From an uncultured Candidatus Binatia bacterium (GTDB taxonomy: Bacteria > Desulfobacterota > Binatia > UBA9968 > JAJDTQ01), in the NCBI GenBank assembly GCA_965213675.1, contig OZ243916.1, forward strand, positions 1,312,001 to 1,376,000: DNA of 64,000 nt, read 5' to 3'. The notes beneath the pieces were generated by a model. The model was not told where the DNA came from, did not search any database, and saw only the letters and a list, made by a program, of their open reading frames with translations. Below are positions 28,579 through 37,269 of this stretch, in pieces (position 1 is the first letter of the stretch; each line of letters opens with the position of its first letter). The translations under genes and the position numbers were made by a program.

Positions 28579-29763
28579 CTACCCGCCGAAGAATCCTTCC
28601 CGGACCGCCCACAGCCAAAGGTGGGCGATCTTCTCGTTGTGCAGTTCGGAGTATCCCACGTGGCCGTAGCGCGGGATGAGAACGACGTGGCAGCCGCGGG
28701 CGCGGGCGGCGTACTTCGCCCCCATGAACATTTCGCGCTTGTCCTCCAGGCGTTCGCCCCGGATCCAGTGGCCCCGGTCGTTCTCCCCGACCACCAGCAG
28801 CACGCCCGTGTCCTTGAGCCAGTCGGGGTCAGGATCCTGAAGGTGGTCGTCGTATTCCTCCCGCGGCAGCCCGGTCAGCTCCACGTAGCGGTCGAGGATG
28901 CCCATGGCGGCGTTGTGCTGGTTGTCGCACAGGCTGGTCTTCATCTGCGAACGCATGGGATTGGCCCAGGCCATATATTCCTCGGGTCCGCCCCAGGGAG
29001 TCAGATCCTGCGGGTCCTCGTACCGGGCCGCGCGAAAGCTCTCGGGCGAACGCCGCGAGATTTGCTCCACCGGGATCTCGTGGTATTCCTCGGCGCCGGT
29101 GCGCTCGCGCCATTCCCTGCGCCAACCGTCGGGGCCGCCGGAACCGAAACCCAACAAGCCGGTGACCCGTGCGCTCCGTACGAAGCGGTGCAGGTGCGCC
29201 GCCATGGGGCCACCGGTGGAATGGCCGAAGGCGAGCAAACCCCGACCCGGCAGGTGTGTATCCGCGAGTAGCGCGGCTCCCTGAAGAATCGTGTTGAACG
29301 TGCACTTGAGATTGCGGTCGAGTATCTCCTTCAAGGGGATCTTCCGATCGAGAAGGTAAACCGGCATGCGCTCGGGCACGGGTTCGGTCCACACGCCGCC
29401 GGGCGGGTAGTGGCCCGGATAGGTGACGGCCAGGGTCATGAATCCCTGGGACGCCAGCACCCGCGCCAGGCCCGGACGGCCGTCCGGGGTAGTGTCCATG
29501 ATGCGTTCGCTGCCCGCGCCACCGTGGAACACCACCACTCCCCGGCCCGGCGCCGCCTCCCGCTCGGGGGCATAGAGCGTGCCGTGGATGTCCCACGCAT
29601 AGCCGTTGCGCTCGTAGCGCGCGGTCACCTCGCGCGCGGTGAAGCCGGTCTCCGGGTAGGGCGCGGGCATGGCCAGCCACCCTTCCCAGTCCATCCTCAA
29701 CAACAGCTCGGTGGATCCCAAGCCAGCCAGCAGTTTCTCGAGGGTCCCGTGTCGTGTGCTCAT
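28579..29763 (-). CDS. Uncharacterised alpha/beta hydrolase-fold protein
   Basis: FHGGAGS, GHSTGG nucleophile elbow, VVGEND, RYGHVG. Confidence 0.65.
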   Translation of the reverse strand: MSTRHGTLEKLLAGLGSTELLLRMDWEGWLAMPAPYPETGFTAREVTARYERNGYAWDIHGTLYAPEREAAPGRGVVVFHGGAGSERIMDTTPDGRPGLARVLASQGFMTLAVTYPGHYPPGGVWTEPVPERMPVYLLDRKIPLKEILDRNLKCTFNTILQGAALLADTHLPGRGLLAFGHSTGGPMAAHLHRFVRSARVTGLLGFGSGGPDGWRREWRERTGAEEYHEIPVEQISRRSPESFRAARYEDPQDLTPWGGPEEYMAWANPMRSQMKTSLCDNQHNAAMGILDRYVELTGLPREEYDDHLQDPDPDWLKDTGVLLVVGENDRGHWIRGERLEDKREMFMGAKYAARARGCHVVLIPRYGHVGYSELHNEKIAHLWLWAVREGFFGG

Positions 29764-29958
29764 ACGGGGCGGGGATACTACGGCAGGAAACCCTCGGTCA
29801 ATCCGCGAAGCGCTCTCGGTCAAATGGCATAGCGCCCGCGCGACCAAGGGTTCCAGCGCCATCACCTGCGACGGGTTCGCGCCCCTGGGACGTGACCCGG
29901 CTCACGGAACGGGACCCCTGGCGCGTGGGTCCCGTTCCGCCACGGTCTCTGCTCTGCA

Positions 29959-31221
29959 CTATTTCATCTTGAGTTTGGTGCGCACATTGTCCGCAAGCTT
30001 CTTGATCGTCGATTCGGCGTCGGCCCCTTCGATGATGTCAACGAGCGCCGCGCCGATCAGGTCCGTAACCGCCACCCCTTCAGCCCCCGGATACGCGTAC
30101 CAGGGACCCGAGTAGGCCGCTACCTGGGCATGGGCGCGGCGTGAATTCTCGTTGCGTGCGTAGAACTCGCCGAGATAACTCTTGTCCTTGAGCACCAGCT
30201 CATTGGTTGGCGCATAGCCGGTGTTCTCCACCACGATCTTGGCGCCTTCCGGGCCGGTGGCGAACTGGATATATCTCCACGCGGCCGCCTGCTTCCTGGG
30301 GTCCTGCGTCAACATGACAATGGCGGAACCGCCCGTGGGGAAATACACGGTGGACTGGTCCTCCGCGGCCACGATCATGGGCAGCAACGTCACCTTGAAA
30401 CGTTCCCCGGCCCCGGCAACCACCCGCGTCAGGTAAGACGAGCTGTCGATGTAGATTCCGAGGGTGCCCGCGGCAAAGGCCTGACGCGCGGCTTTCCCGT
30501 CGTAGGTCTTCATGCCGGCTTCCTTGCCGAGTCGCGCGTAGACCTTTCCGGCCATCATTCCGGGCTCGGCGTCGAAGGTGATGTCGGTTTCGTCTTCGTT
30601 CATAGGCCGGCCGCCATAGGACCCCAGCATGCTCTGGAAACGCCAGTCATGCGCCGACACCCATACCCCGTCGATGTTGTCGCCAAGGGCGCTGATCTTG
30701 GCGGCGAGAGCGATCAAGCCGTCAAAATCGCGCGGGAAGTCGCCCACCGAGCCCCCGGCCTTGGCAACCAACTCCGGGTTGACATAGATCACCAGGGTGG
30801 AAGCGGAGGCGGCAATGGCGTACTGCTTGCCCTTGTACTGGCCGAGAGAGCGCAGCGCCGGCGTGTAACCCTTCGCCTCGAACTTGCCGGCGTCACCGAT
30901 GAAGCGGTCCAGCTCCACGGCCAAGCCGCGCGCCTGCAGGATGCGCCAGCGGTTCAAGCCGAGGAACGCCGCGTCGGGCAGCTTCTTGGCCACCGATTCC
31001 CGGAGCAATCGCTGCACGCCGGCGGCGTAGTTCTCCGCGGGCGCCTGGATCTCGATCTTGACGTCCGGATTGGCCTTCATGAACGCATCGGCGACCTTCT
31101 CCTGCACCTTCGCCCAGAGATTCGGGTGAGCATAGTGCAGTGTCAGCGTCACATCCGCGGCCATGGCCGAACCGGCGGCCAGGACACCTGCCAACGTCAT
31201 TGCGAAGAGGATCCTTTTCAT
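29959..31221 (-). CDS. CUT1 ABC substrate-binding protein (UgpB-like)
   Basis: Signal peptide; PTGGSAIVM, AAWRYIQFATGPEG, TGYAPTN. Confidence 0.85.
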   Translation of the reverse strand: MKRILFAMTLAGVLAAGSAMAADVTLTLHYAHPNLWAKVQEKVADAFMKANPDVKIEIQAPAENYAAGVQRLLRESVAKKLPDAAFLGLNRWRILQARGLAVELDRFIGDAGKFEAKGYTPALRSLGQYKGKQYAIAASASTLVIYVNPELVAKAGGSVGDFPRDFDGLIALAAKISALGDNIDGVWVSAHDWRFQSMLGSYGGRPMNEDETDITFDAEPGMMAGKVYARLGKEAGMKTYDGKAARQAFAAGTLGIYIDSSSYLTRVVAGAGERFKVTLLPMIVAAEDQSTVYFPTGGSAIVMLTQDPRKQAAAWRYIQFATGPEGAKIVVENTGYAPTNELVLKDKSYLGEFYARNENSRRAHAQVAAYSGPWYAYPGAEGVAVTDLIGAALVDIIEGADAESTIKKLADNVRTKLKMK

Positions 31222-31299
31222 CGGACAACTCCCTTCCTGTTATTTCCGCCCGAAACCGGGCAGCGCCTGTATTGCTTGCTCCATCGACACGCGATTGCG

Positions 31300-32130
31300 T
31301 CATCCCTTGAGTCCGCTCATGGTGATACCTTGGACGAATTTCCGTTGAGCCGCCAGGAATGCGATCACCAAGGGCGCGGTGACCACCGTCGCCGCCGCCA
31401 TGAGCGGGCCGACATCCGAGCCCGCCTCCTCGTCGCGGAAGAACAGGATGCCTCGCGGCGGCGTGGCGAGGTTCGGGTCGCTGATGGCGATCAACGGCCA
31501 AAAGAGGTCGTTCCAGTGGGCGACGACGGAGAAGATGGCGAAGGCGCTCACCGCGGGCCATGCGTTGGGGAAAGCGATGCGCCACACGATGGCCGTCTCG
31601 CTCAATCCGTCGATGCGCGCCGCGTCGATGATGCTGGCGGGAACCGTGGCGAAAAACTGCCGGAAAAGAAAGATGCCGAACACCGACGCGACGAACGGGA
31701 GGATCAGCGCGGTGTAGGAATCCAGCAGATCGAGTTGCGCGAAGCCCAGGAAAACCGGGATCGCGGTCACGTGGTAGGGCACCAGCAAGCCGGCCAGCAC
31801 CAGGCCGAAGAGCAGCCAGCGCAGGCTGAAGCGCCGATGGGCCAGGGCATAGGCACAAGGCACGGCGATGAGAATCTGAAAGAACAGAATACCCGCGCAC
31901 ACCACCACCCCATTGAACAGAAACCGGAAAAGCGGCACCTCGACGAACGCCTTCGCGTAGTTGCGCCACTCGATGCGGCTGGGAACCAGGTCGATTCCGG
32001 GAGCGAAGATCTCCGCCGGGGGCTTGATCGACAGCGAAAGCATCCACGCGAAGGGCAGCAATACGAGCGCCGCCCCGACGGCGAGGAACGCGAGCATGAT
32101 CACCTGGCCCAACGGGAAGCGCGCGCTCAT
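31300..32130 (-). CDS. CUT1 ABC permease (UgpE-like)
   Basis: IIDAARIDG EAA motif, HWNDLFWPLI. Confidence 0.9.
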   Translation of the reverse strand: MSARFPLGQVIMLAFLAVGAALVLLPFAWMLSLSIKPPAEIFAPGIDLVPSRIEWRNYAKAFVEVPLFRFLFNGVVVCAGILFFQILIAVPCAYALAHRRFSLRWLLFGLVLAGLLVPYHVTAIPVFLGFAQLDLLDSYTALILPFVASVFGIFLFRQFFATVPASIIDAARIDGLSETAIVWRIAFPNAWPAVSAFAIFSVVAHWNDLFWPLIAISDPNLATPPRGILFFRDEEAGSDVGPLMAAATVVTAPLVIAFLAAQRKFVQGITMSGLKG

Positions 32131-33032
32131 CGGTAATGCACCCGCCTTTCCAGCAGGCCGAACTGCACGAGGGTCAGCGTCAAAACGAAAACGAAGAACA
32201 CCATGGTCACGGCGCTTGCGTATCCGGCCTTGAAGTACACGAAACCCTCCCGGTACATGGCATAGACCAGCGTGTCGCTGGCGAAGCCCGGACCCCCGCG
32301 CGTCAGCGTGGCGACTGTCTCGAAGACGCGGAACGCGCGCGCCGCCGTGACCACCATCACGAAAAGCGTGGTGGGGCCAAGGAGAGGCCATGTGATGGTC
32401 CAGAACCGATCCCAGCCCGGGCCCACGCCGTCGATCTCCGCGGCCGCGTACAGGTGGTCGGGGATCGCTGCCAGGCCGGCGAGAAACAGCACCATATTGT
32501 AACCCACCGTTTCCCAGATACCGATCACCGCCAGGGAATAGAGGACGATGCCGCGATCCGAGAGCCACTCGTGGCCGGGCAGTCCCACGACCCCCAAAAC
32601 CTGGTTCAAGAGGCCGAGATTCGGATGCATCAGCATCTGCCAGACCGTCGCCATTGCCACGAGCGTGCCAGCCACGGGCATGAAGTAGGCCGTGCGCAGG
32701 ACTCCCGCCAGGGTTTGACTCCAACTCGCCGTCCGGTGGACGCCAAGGGCGACCAGCAAGGCGAGGACCATCGATGCGGGCATGACGATGGCCACGTAAA
32801 TCAGCGTGTTGACCACGGCGCGCCGGCCGATGGGGTCGGTGAACAGGACGCTGTAATTCTCCAGGCCGATCCACGCGAAGCTCTGGGCGCCGAGCTGATA
32901 GTCGGTGAAGGAAAGCACGGCCACCGCGAGCACCGGTCCGAAGATCAGCGCCAGCATTGCGACAGTGGCCGGTCCCACCAGCCATGCGTTGGTGAGCGCT
33001 TCACGCAGCGCGCCGGGAAGGCGTGGGGTCAT
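32127..33032 (-). CDS. CUT1 ABC permease (UgpA-like)
   Basis: GLENY, LAGLAAIP..LYAAAEIDG, TRGGPG. Confidence 0.9.
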   Translation of the reverse strand: MTPRLPGALREALTNAWLVGPATVAMLALIFGPVLAVAVLSFTDYQLGAQSFAWIGLENYSVLFTDPIGRRAVVNTLIYVAIVMPASMVLALLVALGVHRTASWSQTLAGVLRTAYFMPVAGTLVAMATVWQMLMHPNLGLLNQVLGVVGLPGHEWLSDRGIVLYSLAVIGIWETVGYNMVLFLAGLAAIPDHLYAAAEIDGVGPGWDRFWTITWPLLGPTTLFVMVVTAARAFRVFETVATLTRGGPGFASDTLVYAMYREGFVYFKAGYASAVTMVFFVFVLTLTLVQFGLLERRVHYR

Positions 33033-34195
33033 CGCACTGTTTCCGCCGCGGGCCGTTCCCGGGGTGATCGCGGCACAAGGCGGACGGCCAGCCGCGCTCC
33101 CGTCGACGCGTCGAAGAGGTGCGCCTGATCCGGATTGAAGGCAAGACGAGTCTCTTCACCCGGCTGGCGCGGCGCCGAGTGGGCCGGAAGAATGGCGCGC
33201 ATCGTTTCGCCGCCGGGAACGGCCACGGTCGCCACCGCGTTCGAACCGAGGTATTCCAGCCGTGCCACCTTCCCGGCGACGGGGCCGTCCGCGGACGGGA
33301 ACAGCGCCTCCGGACGCAGGCCAACGAGTATCCTGTCGCATGGCGGACGAGGGTCGAGCGCGAAGCCGGAGAACGGTGGCGGCAGTTCTCGGGAACGCGT
33401 CGCGACCTCCGCCAGATTCAAGGGATGGTCACCGACAAAAGCCGCGATGTCCCGGGTGGCCGGACGTTCGTAGATCTCATGCGGGGTTCCCGACTGGACG
33501 ATGCGTCCTTCCATCATGACGGCGATCTGATCGGACATGCTCATGGCCTCCGCCTGATCATGGGTGACGTACACGAATGTCCGGCCGGTGCGCTTGTGAA
33601 GGTCCACCAACTCGCCGCGCATCTGAAGGCGCAGCTTCACGTCGAGATTGGAGAGCGGCTCGTCCAGCAAGAACGCGATGGGGTCGCGCACGAGGGCCCG
33701 CGCCACCGCGGCGCGCTGTTGCTGGCCCCCGGAAAGTTGCCCGGGCTTGCGGTCGAGGAGAGTCCCGATGTCCAGCAAGGCGGCGACTTCACGCACCTTT
33801 TCCCGATGGGCGGCCGCAAGACGCCGGGAGGAGTCCAGCAGGCGGTTCAGTAACGGCAGGCGCTGCCAGAAGCTCATGTTTCGCATGGCCAGAGGAAGCG
33901 TGATGTTCTGGCGCACCGTCATGTGCGGATAGAGCGCGTAGGACTGAAACACCATGGCAATGTTGCGTTGCGCCGCGGTCAGGCCGGTCACGGCGTGTCC
34001 ATCGATAAGCACATCGCCGGCGCTCTGTCGATCAAGTCCGGCGATGATGCGCAGCGTCGTGGACTTGCCGCAACCCGACGGCCCAAGGAGCGTCGCGAGC
34101 GTGCCTTCGGCGATGGTCAGCGAAACTCCATCGAGGGCGGTGGCGGAGCCGTAACGCCGGTAGACATTCCTGAGCTCGATGCGCCCGAATCCCAT
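33029..34195 (-). CDS. ABC ATP-binding protein (UgpC/MalK-like)
   Basis: GPSGCGKST, FQSYALYPH, LSGGQQQR, LDEPLSNLD, YVTHDQ. Confidence 0.93.
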   Translation of the reverse strand: MGFGRIELRNVYRRYGSATALDGVSLTIAEGTLATLLGPSGCGKSTTLRIIAGLDRQSAGDVLIDGHAVTGLTAAQRNIAMVFQSYALYPHMTVRQNITLPLAMRNMSFWQRLPLLNRLLDSSRRLAAAHREKVREVAALLDIGTLLDRKPGQLSGGQQQRAAVARALVRDPIAFLLDEPLSNLDVKLRLQMRGELVDLHKRTGRTFVYVTHDQAEAMSMSDQIAVMMEGRIVQSGTPHEIYERPATRDIAAFVGDHPLNLAEVATRSRELPPPFSGFALDPRPPCDRILVGLRPEALFPSADGPVAGKVARLEYLGSNAVATVAVPGGETMRAILPAHSAPRQPGEETRLAFNPDQAHLFDASTGARLAVRLVPRSPRERPAAETVR

Positions 34196-34383
34196 GAGCG
34201 TTCTCGCGTGTCTCGGTCGTACCCCGGGAAGATTACGTTCGGTGGGCCGAGAAGGTTATAATTTGGCGACTGCGTCGGTGTGGTGTAGGCTCCTGCGGGT
34301 TCAGAATACCCGCGCGAGAATCCTGCGCCTCAACTATACACACCAGGTGCCGGACACAACAGCCCGGCGGGAGAACATCACGC

Positions 34384-35439
34384 ATGCAGCCTGTCATGAA
34401 GGCCATCACCATGAGGCAGTTCGGCGATGTCGATGTCATGCGCATGGAACAGCTTCCTGTCCCCTCCCCCGAGGCCGGGGAGGTGTTGATCCAGGTACAT
34501 TCCGTCTCGGTGAATCAGACTCTGGACATCGCGGTGCGGCAGGGCCTGTACCGCACCAACCTGCAGTTTCCGGTGGTGCTCGGCACCGACCCCGCGGGTG
34601 TGGTGGCGGCCACGGGCGCCGGGGTGACCTCCACGCGCTCCGGTGAGCGGGTGGCGGTGGTGGCGTCCATCCGCTGCGGCGAGTGCCGCTTCTGTCTCAT
34701 GGGCCGGGAGGACTCGTGCCCCCGGAGCAAGCACCTGGGGCTGGACCGTTGGGGCGGGTACGCGGAGTACGTGACCGTGCCCGCGGAGAATGTCTTCGCG
34801 ATCCCGGACAACCTGTCCTTTGGTGAAGCCTCGGTGGTCACCCGCCACTTTCCCACGGCCATCAACCTGCTCCTCAACCACGCGCACCTCGAAGCGGGCG
34901 AGTGGGTGCTCATCATGGGAGCGGCGGGGGCGCTGGGCAGTTGTGGCGTGCAGATCGCGCGGCACCAGGGCGCCCGGGTCATCGCGGCGGCGGGCGCCGA
35001 CTCCAGGGCACAAGCGGCGGTGGGCTACGGCGCCGGGTTCGCCGTCAACTATCGGGAGCAGGACCTGGAGCAGGAAGTCCTGCGCATCACCGGGGGCCAC
35101 GGCGTCGATGTGCTGTTCGAGAACATCGCCGACCCGACGCTCTGGCCTGGCGCCTTCAACAGCCTGGCCTTCGCCGGCCGGCTCGTGACCGCGGGCGCCC
35201 ACGGCGGCGGCACCGTGCCCCTGGACGTGAAGCGGCTCTACCTCCGGCGCATCCGCATCATCGGCCAACCCGGCGCCACCCGCAAGGACGTGGAGCTGGC
35301 CCTGTCACTGGCGGGCCAGGGCGCCGTCCGCGCCATCATCGACCGCACCCTGCCGTTGGCGCGCGTAAAGGAGGCGCACGAATTGCTCCAACGAGGCGGA
35401 ATCATCGGCAAGATCGTGCTGGATCCCACCCTGGGCTGA
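34384..35439 (+). CDS. Zn-dependent MDR alcohol dehydrogenase/quinone oxidoreductase family
   Basis: CGECRFC..C structural Zn site, GGYAEY, MGAAGALG, GKIVL. Confidence 0.85.
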   Translation: MQPVMKAITMRQFGDVDVMRMEQLPVPSPEAGEVLIQVHSVSVNQTLDIAVRQGLYRTNLQFPVVLGTDPAGVVAATGAGVTSTRSGERVAVVASIRCGECRFCLMGREDSCPRSKHLGLDRWGGYAEYVTVPAENVFAIPDNLSFGEASVVTRHFPTAINLLLNHAHLEAGEWVLIMGAAGALGSCGVQIARHQGARVIAAAGADSRAQAAVGYGAGFAVNYREQDLEQEVLRITGGHGVDVLFENIADPTLWPGAFNSLAFAGRLVTAGAHGGGTVPLDVKRLYLRRIRIIGQPGATRKDVELALSLAGQGAVRAIIDRTLPLARVKEAHELLQRGGIIGKIVLDPTLG

Positions 35440-35534
35440 ATTGCCACAGGAAGAATTGCCACGAGAAGAACAGCCTGATAGCTTGCTCGAATCGCAGTCT
35501 CCCCGCGTATCCCCAAACGAGAGGACACGACTCC

Positions 35535-36395
35535 ATGGCGCAACTCGTCACCATGCTCGGCATCACGCACAACCCGTTCATGCCCGGGCTGTTCAAGCAG
35601 GCGCAGCAGCCGCCGGGAGCCGCCAAGGTGCAGGAGCGCATCGCGATGATGCGCGCCAAGCTGGCACAGCACAGGCCGGACGTGCTCATCACCATCGGCA
35701 ACGATCACCTGCACCAGTTCTTCATGGACAACATGCCGGCGTTCATGATCGGCAGGATGGACCGCTTCCACGGCACCTTCTACGACGAGGCACGGGAGTT
35801 CGGCCTGCCGGAGTGCGACCTGGCCGGCGACCTGGATCTGTGCAACCGGCTTCTGGAGGGCGCCTACGAACGCGGCGTGGACTTCGCCTACTCCAGCGAG
35901 TTGACCGTGGACCACTCCATCGTGGTGCCGATGATGTTCGTGCGGCCGGAGATGGACATTCCCATCGTTCCCATTCTGACCAACTGCATTGCCCCGCCGC
36001 TGCCCACCGCCCGGCGTTTCTACGAAGTGGGACAGGCAATCCGCTCGGTCATCGACAGCCTGCCCGACGGCAAGCGCGTGGGCGTCCTGGTGAGTGGCCA
36101 CCTGTCGCTGGAGGTAGGCGGCCCCAAGCAGTTCGAGCGGCGCCTGATGGACCCGGACTTCGACGCCCGCGCCGTGGGTTGGATAGCCGCCGGCGACATC
36201 GACGCGGCGGCGCGGGAATGCAACCTGCAACAGATGGTTCCTTCGGGCAACATGACCATGGGTTTCCTGAACTTCCTCATGGCCATGGGCGTGGCCAACG
36301 GGGCATCGCCGACGCACTCCGAAGGGCTCGACGCGGGCTTTCCCGCGGTGCCGTTCTTCGCCTGGGAACAAAAGGAAGAGGGAGCGGGCCTGTGA
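35535..36395 (+). CDS. Class III extradiol dioxygenase catalytic subunit (LigB-like)
   Basis: THNP, GNDHLHQFF, VDHSIVVP, SGHLSLEVGGP. Confidence 0.85.
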   Translation: MAQLVTMLGITHNPFMPGLFKQAQQPPGAAKVQERIAMMRAKLAQHRPDVLITIGNDHLHQFFMDNMPAFMIGRMDRFHGTFYDEAREFGLPECDLAGDLDLCNRLLEGAYERGVDFAYSSELTVDHSIVVPMMFVRPEMDIPIVPILTNCIAPPLPTARRFYEVGQAIRSVIDSLPDGKRVGVLVSGHLSLEVGGPKQFERRLMDPDFDARAVGWIAAGDIDAAARECNLQQMVPSGNMTMGFLNFLMAMGVANGASPTHSEGLDAGFPAVPFFAWEQKEEGAGL

Positions 36396-36703
36396 GCAAG
36401 TACCTGGTCAACAAGTTCATGCACGTGGTGAACATGAACGAGGAGGCGGAGGACGCCTACGTGGAGAACCCGCCGGGCTTCGTCGCCAAGTGGGAGAAGG
36501 GCGAGCGTCTCAAGTTCACACCCGAGGAGCGGCGCGCCCTGGAACGGCGCGATTACGGCAGCCTTTACGCCATGGGCGCGCACCCGTTCCTGCTGTGGAG
36601 CTTCACCGAGGCCATCTGGCGCCACGAAGTGGACCGGGAAGAGCTGGTCCGGGACTACAAGGAAAAGGCCGCGGCGGTGGGATACCCGGACTTCGAGAGT
36701 TAA
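36392..36703 (+). CDS. Extradiol dioxygenase small subunit (LigA/CarBa-like)
   Basis: GTG overlaps the upstream TGA; MSKYLVNKFM..TPEERRAL..DYGSLYAMGAHPFLL. Confidence 0.75.
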   Translation: MSKYLVNKFMHVVNMNEEAEDAYVENPPGFVAKWEKGERLKFTPEERRALERRDYGSLYAMGAHPFLLWSFTEAIWRHEVDREELVRDYKEKAAAVGYPDFES

Positions 36704-36881
36704 CCCCCATGTTGCAGAAGCTGGAAGCAAGGAGAGGATCGGGAGGCAAGTGGGATGGGAACTGCAAGGAGGGGCTTGTTGGGGAATATCACTGCAGGTG
36801 AGGTTGAGCGGCGGAGTCGGGTTATGGGGAATTTCACGAAGCGTCATTCAGGCCTGTTCGGGCCTTCTCATACCGCCCGTC

Positions 36882-37130
36882 TCATTCGGCTCTTCTGTTG
36901 AACCGCTTGGTCCAGTCCAGCCACGGAAAGCGCTCGTGGTAGCGGCGCACCAACTCGCGCCCGCCGATGCCGCAACCGGCCCAGAACACGACTTGACTGG
37001 CAAAGTAGATGCCGGCCGCCACCGCCAGCCGATTGTATTCGACGTCGACGAAGGGCAGCAGCAGAATCGTGGCGGTGATCGCCCACGAGCCGGCTATCAA
37101 TGCTACCGCGAGCTTTTCCAGAAGGTTCAT
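36882..37130 (-). CDS. Small 2-TM protein (transporter suffix domain-like)
   Basis: LLLPF..SQVVFWAG..GGRELVRRY pattern. Confidence 0.6.
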   Translation of the reverse strand: MNLLEKLAVALIAGSWAITATILLLPFVDVEYNRLAVAAGIYFASQVVFWAGCGIGGRELVRRYHERFPWLDWTKRFNRRAE

Positions 37131-37269
37131 GTGTTTCGTGACGGGTGCACCCCGCCGTATGCACACACCGGCCTTGGGGCCGGGCGCGGGTTGCCTTCGA
37201 TAACGGCCTGACTCTGTCGAAAACGGATGAGCGCCTTCGCTGCCCCCGGAACAGGAGGCGAAAGCGCGG

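Noticed and set aside
35438-35470. Short direct repeat GAATTGCCAC x2
   Set aside because: Two imperfect copies only; no further support for function.
36704-36850. Purine-rich intergenic stretch starting CCCCCATGTTGCAGAA as an IS end
   Set aside because: No matching inverted repeat or transposase found.
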